NCBI GenBank assembly: GCA_913043225.1
Contig: CAJWLU010000006.1
Location: 32,001-96,000 of the forward strand
From: an uncultured Acidobacteriota bacterium
Lineage (GTDB): Bacteria; Acidobacteriota; Vicinamibacteria; Vicinamibacterales; UBA8438
Direction of reading: 5' to 3'
DNA: 64,000 nucleotides
Part shown: one piece after another, positions 9,978 to 20,514 of the stretch
Layout of the letters: the number at the start of each line of letters is the position of its first letter
Position numbering within the stretch: position 1 is the stretch's first letter
Notes under the pieces: generated by a model
The model's input: the letters and a program-made list of their open reading frames with translations, nothing else
What the model was told of the DNA's origin: nothing
The model's database searches: none
Position numbers and translations under genes: made by a program

Positions 9978-11708
9978 ATGCTGCACATGATGCGGGCGCT
10001 GGGTGTGCTGGCCGGGCTTTGCTGCACCAGTCTAGCCGTCGCCCAATCAGAGCCACGTCCACCGGTAACCGACGCCATGCTACAGGCGCCGTCGCCAGAC
10101 GATTGGTTGATGTGGCGGCGCACGCTGGACGGGTGGGGGTTCAGTCCGCTCGACCAGATCGACGCTGACAACGTAGCCGACCTCCGGTTGGTGTGGTCTC
10201 GGGGGATGACCGCGGGGCGCCAGCAGGGCACGCCCTTGGTGTATGACGGCGTGATGTACATGCCGAACCCGGCCGACGTCATTCAGGCCATCGACGCCGT
10301 CTCCGGCGACCTGCTCTGGGAGTATCGGCGGGAGGTGCCGGACGACATCGGCGACTACGTCTTCAATTCCCTCTGGGAGAACAACCGCAATCTTGCCATC
10401 TACGAGCACCTGATCATCGATACGAGTGCCGACGACCATGTTTTCGCTCTTGACGCGGCCACCGGGGAGCTGGTCTGGGAAACCGAGGTGCTCGATTATC
10501 AGACGCACCCGGCGACGCAGAGCTCGGGGCCGATCATCGCTAACGGCAAGGTGATTTCTGGGCGCAGTTGCATGCCGGCCGGTGGGCCGGACGCGTGTGT
10601 GATCACGGCACATGACGCCTTGACCGGGGAAGAACTCTGGCGGCGGCGCACCATCCCCCGACCCGGGGAGCCTGGCGATGAGACTTGGGGTGGGGTGCCC
10701 GATGAAGAGCGCAAGCACGTCGGCACCTGGATGGTGCCGAGCTTCGACCCCGAGTTGAATCTCATCCTCATCGGGACGTCGGTGACCTCGCCCGCGCCAA
10801 AGTTCCTTCTCGGTGGCGTAAACAACGCGCACCTCTATCACAACTCCACGCTGGCGCTCGATGCAGATACAGGGGAGATCATCTGGTATTACCAGCATCT
10901 GAACGACCATTGGGATCTGGATCACCCGTTCGAACGGCTCCTGGTCGAGACCGCGATTAATCCGGATCCGAGCGCAGTGGATTGGATTAATCCGCGCCTG
11001 CAGCCTGGCGAGCGCCGACGGGTCGTGACGGGCATCCCGGGCAAGACGGGCGTGGTCTATACGCTGGACCTGGAGACGGGTGAATTTCTCTGGGCGACCC
11101 CCACCATCGTGCAGAACGTCATCAGCGACATCGATGGCGCGACTGGCGACGTGACCGAAAACTCGGAACTCGTCTTCAGCAGTGAGGGGCAGGCAGTTTT
11201 GACCTGTCCGCACGCGAGCGGGGGCAAGGATTGGGAGGCGGGCGCCTACAGTCCGCTGACCAACACGATGTACTTCCCGCTGCGTAATGTCTGTGCTCGG
11301 ATGGTGGCGGAAGGGCCAGACAGCACGCATATTTATGCTCTGGCCTGGCGACCGGAGATCGCGCCGGGAACTGAGAATGTCGGCATGGTGCAGGCGATCT
11401 CGGTCGAGACTGGGGTGACGCGATGGACCTACGAGCAGCGAGCGGCCACGATGTCGCTCGTCGCAACGGGAGGGGGGCTGGTGTTCGGCGGCGACACGAA
11501 TGGGCGGTTTCGCGCGCTGGATCACATCACCGGCGCCGTACTGTGGGAGATCAACCTGGGGTCGTCCGTCAGTGGTTATCCGATCACCTACGGGGTCGAC
11601 GGTGTGCAGTATGTGGCCGTCAGCACCGGGACGGCCCGATTCAATAACCTGACGCCGGAGATCCGTCCCAGCACAAACAACAGCTTGTTCGTATTTGCCT
11701 TGCCGTAG
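9978..11708 (+). CDS. PQQ-dependent dehydrogenase-like beta-propeller protein
   Basis: Signal peptide, DWLMWRRT, FSPLDQI, GTPLVYDG and DHWDLDHPFE. Close paralog of 1..1553. Confidence 0.9.
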   Translation: MLHMMRALGVLAGLCCTSLAVAQSEPRPPVTDAMLQAPSPDDWLMWRRTLDGWGFSPLDQIDADNVADLRLVWSRGMTAGRQQGTPLVYDGVMYMPNPADVIQAIDAVSGDLLWEYRREVPDDIGDYVFNSLWENNRNLAIYEHLIIDTSADDHVFALDAATGELVWETEVLDYQTHPATQSSGPIIANGKVISGRSCMPAGGPDACVITAHDALTGEELWRRRTIPRPGEPGDETWGGVPDEERKHVGTWMVPSFDPELNLILIGTSVTSPAPKFLLGGVNNAHLYHNSTLALDADTGEIIWYYQHLNDHWDLDHPFERLLVETAINPDPSAVDWINPRLQPGERRRVVTGIPGKTGVVYTLDLETGEFLWATPTIVQNVISDIDGATGDVTENSELVFSSEGQAVLTCPHASGGKDWEAGAYSPLTNTMYFPLRNVCARMVAEGPDSTHIYALAWRPEIAPGTENVGMVQAISVETGVTRWTYEQRAATMSLVATGGGLVFGGDTNGRFRALDHITGAVLWEINLGSSVSGYPITYGVDGVQYVAVSTGTARFNNLTPEIRPSTNNSLFVFALP

Positions 11709-11725
11709 TCGACAGGAGGAGAGTG

Positions 11726-12226
11726 ATGTCGAAGATGAAGACGCTGGGGGCCGTGGCTATCCTCATGACGACCGGAGTGGCCTGGCTGTGGGGTGCACAG
11801 GGGAGCAGCATCGCGCCGCTGACCGGCACCGACTATGCCGAGATCATGAATCTCTACGCGCGCTACAACCAGGGCAGTGATTTTCAGGATCCGGCGCTAT
11901 TTCTCTCTGCCTTCTCGGATGACGCGACGATCGTGCGGGCCGACGGTAGCAGCATTACGGGCATGGCTGCGCTCCGGAAGGAACGTGAAGATCGGTATCG
12001 GGATGGTCGGACGGGAGATTCCGGCCTCCGGCATCGGACGGGGAGTCAGTTGATTACGCCGACAGCGCAAGGCGCCACGGGTGTGGCGTACTACGTGTTG
12101 CTCGATGTCACCACTGGACCCGCCACGATCCGGTTCACGGGCAACTACGCCGATGACTTCGTGAAGACTGCCGACGGCTGGAAGATTCAGAAGCGGACGA
12201 TCAACCGTGACGCGCCCCGCGACTAG
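11726..12226 (+). CDS. SnoaL-like / NTF2 family protein with N-terminal signal
   Basis: DYAEIMNLYARY, GNYADDFVKTADGWKIQKR. AGGAGG RBS upstream. Confidence 0.8.
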   Translation: MSKMKTLGAVAILMTTGVAWLWGAQGSSIAPLTGTDYAEIMNLYARYNQGSDFQDPALFLSAFSDDATIVRADGSSITGMAALRKEREDRYRDGRTGDSGLRHRTGSQLITPTAQGATGVAYYVLLDVTTGPATIRFTGNYADDFVKTADGWKIQKRTINRDAPRD

Positions 12227-12229
12227 CGG

Positions 12230-13453
12230 ATGATCGACACACCGACTGCTCCGGCCCCGGTCGCAACCGGGGAACGCATCCAGTCCCTGGATGTCCTGCG
12301 CGGGTTCGCGCTGCTGGGCATTCTGCTGCTCAACATCACGGGCTTCGGTCTCCACAGCGCAGGCTACTTCAATCCATTGGTGCCGCTGGGAGAGAGCCCG
12401 ACCGATGAGTGGTTGAATCGAGGCACCTGGGGAGCGATCAGTGTCCTGTTCGAGGGCGCCATGCGCTGTCTGTTCTCGATGCTGTTTGGCGCGGGAATGG
12501 TGCTGTTCACGACGGGGCGTGAGCGGGCGGGCATCCTGCACTACCGGCGCACGTTCTGGCTGTTCATGTTCGGCGCCGTTAACGCCCTTATTCTCCTGTG
12601 GACCGGGGACATCCTCATGGTCTACGCGGTGGCGGCGACGACTCTGTTCTTCATGCGGAATTGGAGACCCAGCCGGCTGGTCGGGCTCTCGGCGGGTGCC
12701 ATTTTGTTGATGGCCTCTATGTTCATGGGGATGCAGGCCGCCATTCAGGCAGTGCCTGACAATCCTGAGTTTGCGGCGGTCGAGGCCGAGTTCTCTCCGA
12801 GTCCTGAGGCCTACGAGGACGAATTAGCCGCTCGCAGTGGGACCTACGCGAGCGCATTTGACTGGACAGCGGCCTACGTGCGGAAGACGTTCCTGGGCTT
12901 CGGCGGCGCACTGTTTGTTATCGACGCCTGGGCGATGATGTTGCTCGGCATGGCCCTGTTCAAGATTGGGGCGATGCAGGGGCAGATGTCTCGCGCGTGG
13001 TACGTGCGCACCGCCGCGATCGGGTTTTCGGTAGGCCTAGCGGTCAACCTTGGTGAACTCTGGTACTCGCTTAGCAACGACTACAGCGTGCTCTCAACGA
13101 TCGCCATCTTTGTGCCGACCTATCAGTTGGGTCGACTGGGAATGGGCTTGGGCTATCTGTCGGTCGTGATGCTGGTGTGTCAGTCTGAGATGCTTCCGCG
13201 GCTCCGAAGGGCGCTGGCCGCCGTAGGGCGGATGGCACTCACGAACTACCTCATGCACTCGTTTATCTGCATGGTGGTCTTCACCGGAGCGGGCCTGGGC
13301 CTGGTGGGGCAGCTCGAGCGCTGGGAGCTCTATCCGGTGGTTGTGGCGATCTGGCTGTTCCAGCTCTGGCTCAGTCCCAGGTGGCTGGCCCGCTACCGGT
13401 ACGGTCCGGTGGAATGGTTGTGGCGTACATTGACCTACGGGCGTATGCCGTAG
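12230..13453 (+). CDS. DUF418 (YeiB-like) membrane protein
   Basis: ERIQSLDVLRGFALLGILLLN, WTGDIL, VGRMALTNYL and GPVEWLWRTLTY. Confidence 0.9.
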   Translation: MIDTPTAPAPVATGERIQSLDVLRGFALLGILLLNITGFGLHSAGYFNPLVPLGESPTDEWLNRGTWGAISVLFEGAMRCLFSMLFGAGMVLFTTGRERAGILHYRRTFWLFMFGAVNALILLWTGDILMVYAVAATTLFFMRNWRPSRLVGLSAGAILLMASMFMGMQAAIQAVPDNPEFAAVEAEFSPSPEAYEDELAARSGTYASAFDWTAAYVRKTFLGFGGALFVIDAWAMMLLGMALFKIGAMQGQMSRAWYVRTAAIGFSVGLAVNLGELWYSLSNDYSVLSTIAIFVPTYQLGRLGMGLGYLSVVMLVCQSEMLPRLRRALAAVGRMALTNYLMHSFICMVVFTGAGLGLVGQLERWELYPVVVAIWLFQLWLSPRWLARYRYGPVEWLWRTLTYGRMP

Positions 13454-13468
13454 ACAGGAGAGGGCAAT

Positions 13469-14512
13469 ATGGCAATGAGTGGACGGCACATGAGATGGAG
13501 CCTCGGCGCGATGGTGCTCGGCCTCGCGCTGGCGGCGGAGCCGGTCGCGGCGCAGATAGAGGGGTATGCGGCGCCCCGGACGGCCTGGGGGACACCCGAT
13601 ATCGGGGGGGTGTGGAACAGTTCCACCGTGACTCCGTTGCAGCGACCCGAGGAGCAGGCCGACAAGGAGTACCTTACCGAGGAGGAAGCGGCTGCGGTTG
13701 AGCAGCGTGTCGTCGAGGCCAACGCGCGTGCGAACGCCCCGAGCGAGGTCCGGACCGAGCCGTTGCCGGTAGGTGGTAACGTCGGCGGCTATAACAGCTT
13801 CTGGCTCGATCGGGGTACCACCGTGGTGCCGACCCGCCGGACATCGCTGGTGGTCGATCCGCCGAACGGGCGGTTGCCGGCGTTGACCCCAGCGTACGAG
13901 CGCCACGTGACGTCGCGGGAGCGGCAGCGGATTAAGGACATTCGCGAGGGTGCCGTGCCGGCCGAGTCCTACGCCCAGTTCGATTATGGCGACCGGTGCA
14001 TCTGGTACCGCGGGGTGCCATCGTTGCCTACGGCCTACAACAACAACTACCAGCTTGTGCAGACCGAGGACGTCATCGCCATTGTGCAGGAGCACATCCA
14101 CGATGTGCGGTTCATCTTTTTGGACGATCGGCCGCGGGTCCACGGCATTGATCAGTTCGGCGGACATTCGCGCGGACACTGGGAAGGCGACACCCTCGTG
14201 GTGAAGACTTCCGGGTTCGGGGATCGAGCCTACCTGTTCAGTCCGGGGGGCGGGCCGCAGGGCGGGACAAATTGGGATCTAAGCGGCCAGCACACGGTGG
14301 TGGAGCGGTTCACCCGCGTTGCACCGGATGTGCTGGATTACCAGTTCACTGTGGCCGACCCGCATACGTGGATCACGCCGTGGACCGGATCTTCTCCGTG
14401 GGCGAAGGGCGATCTCCCACTCTACGAGTACGCCTGTCATGAGGGTAACTACGGTATGGAGAACATCCTGGCCGGGTCGCGGATGGAGGAACTGGCCCAG
14501 GGTGGTCAGTAG
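13469..14512 (+). CDS. Secreted hypothetical protein, EYACHEGN family (paralog 2)
   Basis: RTAWGTPDIGGVW, YNNNYQ, GHSRGHWEGDTLVV and EYACHEGNY. Confidence 0.85.
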   Translation: MAMSGRHMRWSLGAMVLGLALAAEPVAAQIEGYAAPRTAWGTPDIGGVWNSSTVTPLQRPEEQADKEYLTEEEAAAVEQRVVEANARANAPSEVRTEPLPVGGNVGGYNSFWLDRGTTVVPTRRTSLVVDPPNGRLPALTPAYERHVTSRERQRIKDIREGAVPAESYAQFDYGDRCIWYRGVPSLPTAYNNNYQLVQTEDVIAIVQEHIHDVRFIFLDDRPRVHGIDQFGGHSRGHWEGDTLVVKTSGFGDRAYLFSPGGGPQGGTNWDLSGQHTVVERFTRVAPDVLDYQFTVADPHTWITPWTGSSPWAKGDLPLYEYACHEGNYGMENILAGSRMEELAQGGQ

Positions 14513-16181
14513 AACGCTCAGCCTGCTTGTCGCGGCGGCCGTTTTAGCGCCGGCGTGTGTTCCGTCCAACGAGGGCGAGGTGCAGCCGGCGGGCCTGCCG
14601 TTCGATGTGGTCGAGGCCACCGTCCCTGCTATGCAGCGGGCGATGGAGGAGGGGCGGGTGACTTCCCGCCGGCTGGTCGAGCTGCACCTCCAGCGAATCG
14701 CTCTCTATGAGGAAGAGATCAACGCGCTCATTTCGGTGAACTCGCAGGCACTCGAGGAGGCCGACGGGTTGGACGCTGAGCGGGCGGCGGGACACGTGCG
14801 TGGTCCGCTCCACGGCATCCCGGTTGCGCTCAAAGATAACGTCCATACCACCCATCTCCCGACAACGGGAGGCACGCGCGCCTTTGCGGGATTCGTCCCG
14901 CCATATGAAGCGACGCTGACCAGCCATCTGCGGGAGGCGGGCGCGATCATCCTTGCCAAGACGGTGATGACCGAGCTGGCTAACTTCACCGCACCGGGTA
15001 TGCCAGGGAACTACAGCGCGGTGGGTGGGTTCGGCCTCAATCCGTACGATGCCAGGCGGGATCCCCGGTCGGGGCGAGACGATGGTCGACCAGTGATGGG
15101 GACCGGAGGATCGAGCTCGGGGATCGGGACGGCGACGAGCTTCTGGGCTGCGAATGTTGGGACCGAGACGTCTGGCTCCATCCTTTCGCCGTCGAACGCC
15201 AACATGCTGGTCGGGGTGAAGCCGACCGTTGGTCGGATTAGCCGCTGGGGCGTTATCCCGATTACGGCGGATCAGGACACGGCCGGGCCGATGGCGCGGA
15301 CGGTTACCGATGCCGCCATTTTGCTTGGGGTGTTGGAGGGAGCCGCACCGGATCCACAGGACGACGCGACGAAGCGTTGTGAACGTCCGCCAGACAACGA
15401 CTACACGGCATTCCTGAGTGCGGACGTCTTGACGGGTGCGCGAGTTGGGATCCCGCGGGCGCTGTATTACGACGGGGTGTTGGTGCCGGGGCGGCAGGAG
15501 CGGCGCCGCGGGCGGCTCTCGAGCGCGGGGCGGGCACTGATGGCTGACGCTATCGAGGTGCTGGAGTCGGCAGGCGCGACGGTTGTTGACCCGGCCGACA
15601 TTCCAAGCGTGATCGACCCCGATCCGTCGACCAATCTGCTTGTGTCTGGCCGGTCGAGCAGTGTGCTGTCCTATGGGATGAAGCGGGACTTCAATGCCTG
15701 GCTTGACTCGCTCGGGGACACCGCGCCGGTGAAGACGTTGACGGAGCTACGGGAATGGAATCTGACCCATGAGGCATCCGGTACCCTGAGGTACGGACAG
15801 GGTCGCTTGGACGGGGCTGACAAACTCGACCTGGAGGCCGACCTTGCCGCATACGAAAGGGACCGGGCTCGGGACCTGTATTTGAATGGTGAGCACGGTA
15901 TCGACGAGGTCATGCAGGAGTTGGATCTCGACGCGTTGCTGTTCCCAGGGTCTAGCGGAGCCAGTATTTCCGCGCGCGCTGGCTATCCGACGGTGATCGT
16001 GCCGTTCGGTTTCTTGGCCGACCCTCCGGAGCCACGCATGCCGGACGGTTTTCAGGCCAAGCCACGACCGTTCGGGGTGAGCTTCGCCGGCATGGCGTGC
16101 AGCGAGCCGACGCTTTTGGGGCTAGCTTACGCTTTTGAACAGGTGACCCGGAGACGGGTGCCACCGCCGGAGTTTCCGTAG
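14502..16181 (+). CDS. Amidase signature family protein (probable lipoprotein)
   Basis: [19 protein letters not shown] and [11 protein letters not shown] start at 14502 is chosen from the signal peptide. Confidence 0.9.
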   Translation: MVSRTLSLLVAAAVLAPACVPSNEGEVQPAGLPFDVVEATVPAMQRAMEEGRVTSRRLVELHLQRIALYEEEINALISVNSQALEEADGLDAERAAGHVRGPLHGIPVALKDNVHTTHLPTTGGTRAFAGFVPPYEATLTSHLREAGAIILAKTVMTELANFTAPGMPGNYSAVGGFGLNPYDARRDPRSGRDDGRPVMGTGGSSSGIGTATSFWAANVGTETSGSILSPSNANMLVGVKPTVGRISRWGVIPITADQDTAGPMARTVTDAAILLGVLEGAAPDPQDDATKRCERPPDNDYTAFLSADVLTGARVGIPRALYYDGVLVPGRQERRRGRLSSAGRALMADAIEVLESAGATVVDPADIPSVIDPDPSTNLLVSGRSSSVLSYGMKRDFNAWLDSLGDTAPVKTLTELREWNLTHEASGTLRYGQGRLDGADKLDLEADLAAYERDRARDLYLNGEHGIDEVMQELDLDALLFPGSSGASISARAGYPTVIVPFGFLADPPEPRMPDGFQAKPRPFGVSFAGMACSEPTLLGLAYAFEQVTRRRVPPPEFP

Positions 16182-16198
16182 CTGATCGGAGAGACGTC

Positions 16199-17917
16199 AT
16201 GAAGCATCGCAGGGTCCGTTACAGGGCACCGCTGGGCGCCGCTATGGTCTTGGTGATGACAGGCCTTGCGACACAGGCGACCGGGCAGGCCGTGGGAGTG
16301 TCGACCGAGTTGCTCCGGAGCGCGCCCTCCGGAGAGTGGCTGACCACCGGTCGCGACCAAGCCGAAACCCGGTTCAGCCCGCTGGATCAGGTCAACCTCG
16401 AGACCATCGACCGCCTCGGTCTTGGCTGGAGCTGGGTGATCCCGAAGGCAGGTGCTCGGCTCGAAGCGACCCCAGTGATCTCAGACGGGGTGATGTACGC
16501 GACCGGGCCCAAGAGCTACGTCTTTGCTCTCGATGCCCGTACGGGTGAGCTGCGCTGGCAGTGGGATCCTGGCGTTCCGGACGAATCAGAAGGCGGTCCG
16601 AGCGTCTGCTGCGGTGACGTCAACCGAGGGGTGGCCCTCTTCGAAGACAAGGTCTACGTCGGTCTGCTCGACGGTCGGCTGGTGGCGCTCGAACGGGAGA
16701 CCGGGCTAGTGGCCTGGGCGGTGCAAACCACGCCCCCGGGCGACTACAGCATCACCGGCGCCCCGCGTATCGTGAAGGGCAACGTGGTGATTGGCAACGG
16801 CGGCGCTGAGTATGGTGTTCGTGGCTATGTCACCGCCTACAACGCCGAGACGGGCGAGGAGGTGTGGCGTTCCTATACCGTGCCTGGCAATCCTGCGGAC
16901 GGCTTCGAAAACGAGGCGATGCGTGCGGCGGCCGAGACCTGGACGGGCGAGTGGTGGGTGGTTGGCGGTGGCGGCACGGTCTGGGACGGTATGGCTTGGG
17001 ACCCGCAGGCGGACCTGCTCTACATCGGCACCGGGAACGGTGCACCGTGGAACCGCGATCATCGGAGTCCGGGCGGTGGGGACAACCTCTATCTCTCGTC
17101 GATCCTCGCGTTGAACCCTGACACCGGGGAGCCAGTGTGGCACTACCAGACAACGCCGGGCGACGACTGGGACTACACGGCGACTCAGCCGATGATGTTG
17201 CTGGATCTCACCATCGCGGGCCAGGAGCGGAAAGTGATCATCCAAGCGCCAAAGAATGGCTTCTTCTATGTGGTTGATCGGCTGACGGGGGACCTCATTT
17301 CGGCCTCGGCCTTCGGCGATGACGTGACTTGGGCGGTGGGTGTAGATGTCGACACGGGCCGTCCCATTGAGACCCCCGAGGCACGTTATGGGCGTACCGG
17401 CGTCGGTGTCTTCCTGTCGCCCGGCCCGGGCGGGGCACACAACTGGCCGCCGATGTCATGGAATCCAGGCACCGGCCTCGTCTATCTTCCGGCTCAAAAC
17501 AGCACCTCCTACTACCAGATGACCGACGACTTCGACTATCAGCCTGGCCGATGGAATACCGGGTTGGCGCGCACGCGTCGTGCGGAACGTCCAGAGCGTC
17601 CGGAGCTGACCGGGCCACGCACCATGCTGGTGGCGGTCGAGCCGGTGACCAATACCGAAGCCTGGCGGGTGGAGACGAGCGGCGCGCATGGAGGCACGAT
17701 GTCGACCGCCGGGAACCTCGTGTTTCACGGCTCGGGCGAGCGCCTGGTGGCCTACAACGCTGAAACCGGGGATGAGGTGTGGGCGGCGACGGTAGGTGCG
17801 GGAACCGCGACGCCGGTGACCTACGAGCTCGACGGGATGCAGTATGTAACTATCGCCGCCGGGCGCCGCACGCCCAGGGTCTACACGTTTGTGTTGGACG
17901 GCGTGCCGGTGCGGTGA
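16199..17917 (+). CDS. PQQ-dependent alcohol dehydrogenase (methanol/ethanol family), no heme domain
   Basis: Vicinal [38 protein letters not shown] and GAHNW. Confidence 0.9.
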   Translation: MKHRRVRYRAPLGAAMVLVMTGLATQATGQAVGVSTELLRSAPSGEWLTTGRDQAETRFSPLDQVNLETIDRLGLGWSWVIPKAGARLEATPVISDGVMYATGPKSYVFALDARTGELRWQWDPGVPDESEGGPSVCCGDVNRGVALFEDKVYVGLLDGRLVALERETGLVAWAVQTTPPGDYSITGAPRIVKGNVVIGNGGAEYGVRGYVTAYNAETGEEVWRSYTVPGNPADGFENEAMRAAAETWTGEWWVVGGGGTVWDGMAWDPQADLLYIGTGNGAPWNRDHRSPGGGDNLYLSSILALNPDTGEPVWHYQTTPGDDWDYTATQPMMLLDLTIAGQERKVIIQAPKNGFFYVVDRLTGDLISASAFGDDVTWAVGVDVDTGRPIETPEARYGRTGVGVFLSPGPGGAHNWPPMSWNPGTGLVYLPAQNSTSYYQMTDDFDYQPGRWNTGLARTRRAERPERPELTGPRTMLVAVEPVTNTEAWRVETSGAHGGTMSTAGNLVFHGSGERLVAYNAETGDEVWAATVGAGTATPVTYELDGMQYVTIAAGRRTPRVYTFVLDGVPVR

Positions 17918-17924
17918 GGACCGG

Positions 17925-19184
17925 ATGGGGATGAGGATGCAGGCGGGCGAGATCGACCGACGAACGGCGCTTGCGATCATGGGCGCGACCGGGGCGGGGC
18001 TGATCGCGGGGCAGGGTTCAGCCTGGGCCCGGCAGGTGGGAATCGAACCGTTCGAGATCCAGGTGAGCGACCAGGCCCTGGACGACCTTCGGCAACGTCT
18101 GTCGGTGGCCCGCTGGCCGCCAGAGACGCCCGGGGCGCCGTGGCACTACGGAACCGACCGCGCTTACCTGGAAGAACTCGTCGCGTACTGGCGTGACGAG
18201 TACGACTGGCGCGGCCACGAGCGAGCGCTCAATGAGTTCGACCACTACATAACCGCCGTGGAAGGGCAGCGGCTGCACTTCGTGCATCAGCGTGCCGCCG
18301 ACCCCGACAGCCTGCCGCTGCTAATGACTCACGGATGGCCCGGTACGGTCTGGGAGATGCTTCCGTCGGTGATGGCGTTGAACGAGCCGACGCAGCACGG
18401 CGGCGAAGCGACGGACGCCTTCCATGTCGTGGTGCCGTCGATCCCGGGGTTCGGCTTCTCTGGTGAGCCGGCTGAGGGGACGGACGTGGCGCGGACGGCT
18501 GAGCTGTGGATCGGGCTGATGGACTCGCTCGGCTACGCGCGGTTCGCCGCCTATGGCAGCGACTGGGGGGCCGGGGTGACCCGCTATCTCGGGGCACAGT
18601 TTCCCGACCGGCTGGTCGGTATCCACACGCCGGGTACGCCCGGCCGACAGCAGCGGGACCCGGCCACTGACGAGGAGCGTGACTACCTCCGTCGGAGCGA
18701 ACTCTGGTCGGTTGACGAGACCGGATATCAGCGCATTCAGGGCACGAAACCGCAGACGCTGGCCTACGGGTTGACCGACTCACCGATCGGGTTGGCGGCG
18801 TGGATCACCGAGAAGCTCCGCAGCTGGAGCGACTGTGACGGTGCCGTCGAGCGCCGGTTCAGCAAGGATCAGATCCTGACGCTTGTCTCGATTTACTGGC
18901 ACACGAATACGATCGGCACGAGCGTGCGCTACTACCATGCGAATGGACTGGGGAGCTCACGAGCGGGCAGCCGGCGTCGCGGTGGTCCGGTGCGGGTGCC
19001 CCAGGGGCTCGCGCAGTTCGAGGGTAATCCCTTCCGCAACCGAATGCCTCGGTCGTACACACGGGAGGTGAGTGACTCGATTCGGCACTACTCAATCTTC
19101 GATCGCGGCGGGCATTTTCCCGCCATAGAAGAGCCAGAACTGCTCGTGGGCGATCTACGTACCTTCTTCCGCCCGTTGCGTTAG
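17925..19184 (+). CDS. Tat-exported epoxide hydrolase (EHN plus alpha/beta hydrolase)
   Basis: DRRTAL signal, THGWPG, PSIPGFGFS, GSDWG and GGHFPAIEEP. Confidence 0.9.
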   Translation: MGMRMQAGEIDRRTALAIMGATGAGLIAGQGSAWARQVGIEPFEIQVSDQALDDLRQRLSVARWPPETPGAPWHYGTDRAYLEELVAYWRDEYDWRGHERALNEFDHYITAVEGQRLHFVHQRAADPDSLPLLMTHGWPGTVWEMLPSVMALNEPTQHGGEATDAFHVVVPSIPGFGFSGEPAEGTDVARTAELWIGLMDSLGYARFAAYGSDWGAGVTRYLGAQFPDRLVGIHTPGTPGRQQRDPATDEERDYLRRSELWSVDETGYQRIQGTKPQTLAYGLTDSPIGLAAWITEKLRSWSDCDGAVERRFSKDQILTLVSIYWHTNTIGTSVRYYHANGLGSSRAGSRRRGGPVRVPQGLAQFEGNPFRNRMPRSYTREVSDSIRHYSIFDRGGHFPAIEEPELLVGDLRTFFRPLR

Positions 19185-19388
19185 GGCTGTGTGGTGGATA
19201 TTTCGCCGGCGGTCAGCGCCGGAATCAGTAGAAGGGGATCACGCTGGCTGGCAGCAGCTGGGCACGGCGCAGGTAGGCGGCATCGGCAGCACGCTGATCA
19301 GTGCATCTCCCTGACGCATCACGAGTCGACGGTTCAGTCGGTCGTAGTCGGCCTCCTTCCTTGTTTTGCATCAGTTCCTACCTGCTGA

Positions 19389-19412
19389 GCCGGGCGGTCT
19401 GACCCGCCCGGC
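19389..19412. repeat. GC-rich inverted repeat (hairpin)
   Basis: GCCGGGCGG-tctgac-CCGCCCGGC, a 9-bp perfect stem upstream of the TATAAT at 19439. Confidence 0.5.
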
Positions 19413-19467
19413 AGTCCAGACGATCCTCTCGTGACCGGTATAATCACGCTCTCAGCTGGAGCTTGAT

Positions 19468-20514
19468 ATGTTTCGATGCCTGGTCGTGGCCTCGCTCGTT
19501 GTCGGTCTGTGCGGCGTCGCCGTGGCACAGCCGCGGGATTCCTATGAGTTGATCGAACCGTGGCCGCATCTGCCGGTGGAGATGAACGGTGGGGAATGGG
19601 GCGAGACCATCGGGGTCGATCGCGATGCCGACGGGAACATCTGGGTGTTTCACCGATGCTTCAACGACGAGCCGTTCGGACTGGCCACGTGTGTCGGCCA
19701 GGAGGACAAGCCTCCGATTCTCAAGTTCAGCCCGAAGGGCGAACTTCTCGCTAGTTGGGGCGAAGGGATCTTCGCAGCTCCGCACGGTTTTCACATCGAT
19801 CCTGAAGGGAACATTTGGGCCACTGAGGCGAACCAGCACGAGGAGGTGCTTGGCATCCCAGTGGGCAACCGGGGCCATCAAGTCTTCAAGTTCAGCCCGC
19901 GCGGCGAACTCCTGATGACGCTGGGCGAGGCTGGGGTCGCCGGGAACGGCCCGTACACGTTCAACCGGCCGACCGACGTTGCGGTGGCGGCGAACGGCGA
20001 TATCTTTGTCACCGACGGACACGGTCCGAATAACCGGGTTGTGAAGTACGACCGGACGGGGCATTTCCTGATGAGTTGGGGCGGGCCTGGCGACAGCCCT
20101 GGTGAATTCGATCAGCCTCACACCCTTACACTTGATTCCCGTGGTCGGGTTTTTGTGGGCGATCGGTCGAACGGTCGGTTGCAGATCTTTGAGCCGGATG
20201 GCACGTTCGTGGCCGCGTGGTCGCAGTTTGGGCGGCCGAGCGGCATGTTTATCGACGAGAACGATGTGCTTTATGTGACAGACTCCACCACGAACTCACG
20301 TAACAATCCGGGACGGAAGCGCGGTATCTACATCGGCAGTGCCGTGAGCGGAGAGGTAACTGCGTTCATTGCGGATCCGGATCTTGAAGCCCAGGACCGT
20401 AATGGCATTTCTGGCGCGTCGGGTATCACAGCCGATCTCGACGGGAACGTCTATGCGGCTGATGTTGGCCCGAAGCGCATCCGCAAGTATCAGCGAGAGG
20501 GACACGAACAATGA
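19468..20514 (+). CDS. Secreted NHL-repeat PAL-like protein
   Basis: APHGFHID, FNRPTDVAV, GEFDQPHTL and DRSNGRLQIF. Confidence 0.85.
   Translation: MFRCLVVASLVVGLCGVAVAQPRDSYELIEPWPHLPVEMNGGEWGETIGVDRDADGNIWVFHRCFNDEPFGLATCVGQEDKPPILKFSPKGELLASWGEGIFAAPHGFHIDPEGNIWATEANQHEEVLGIPVGNRGHQVFKFSPRGELLMTLGEAGVAGNGPYTFNRPTDVAVAANGDIFVTDGHGPNNRVVKYDRTGHFLMSWGGPGDSPGEFDQPHTLTLDSRGRVFVGDRSNGRLQIFEPDGTFVAAWSQFGRPSGMFIDENDVLYVTDSTTNSRNNPGRKRGIYIGSAVSGEVTAFIADPDLEAQDRNGISGASGITADLDGNVYAADVGPKRIRKYQREGHEQ

Noticed and set aside
10080..11525. Long antisense ORFs opposite real genes (e.g. 10080..11525, 555..1481, 13094..14179, 47984..48955)
   Set aside because: Expected shadow ORFs from high-GC codon bias. 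They have no motifs and fully overlap well-supported genes.
19200..19380. Possible minus-strand gene remnant (EADYDRLNRRLV / AADAAYLRRAQLLPASVIPFY)
   Set aside because: Looks coding-like but is short, and no homology could be identified by eye.
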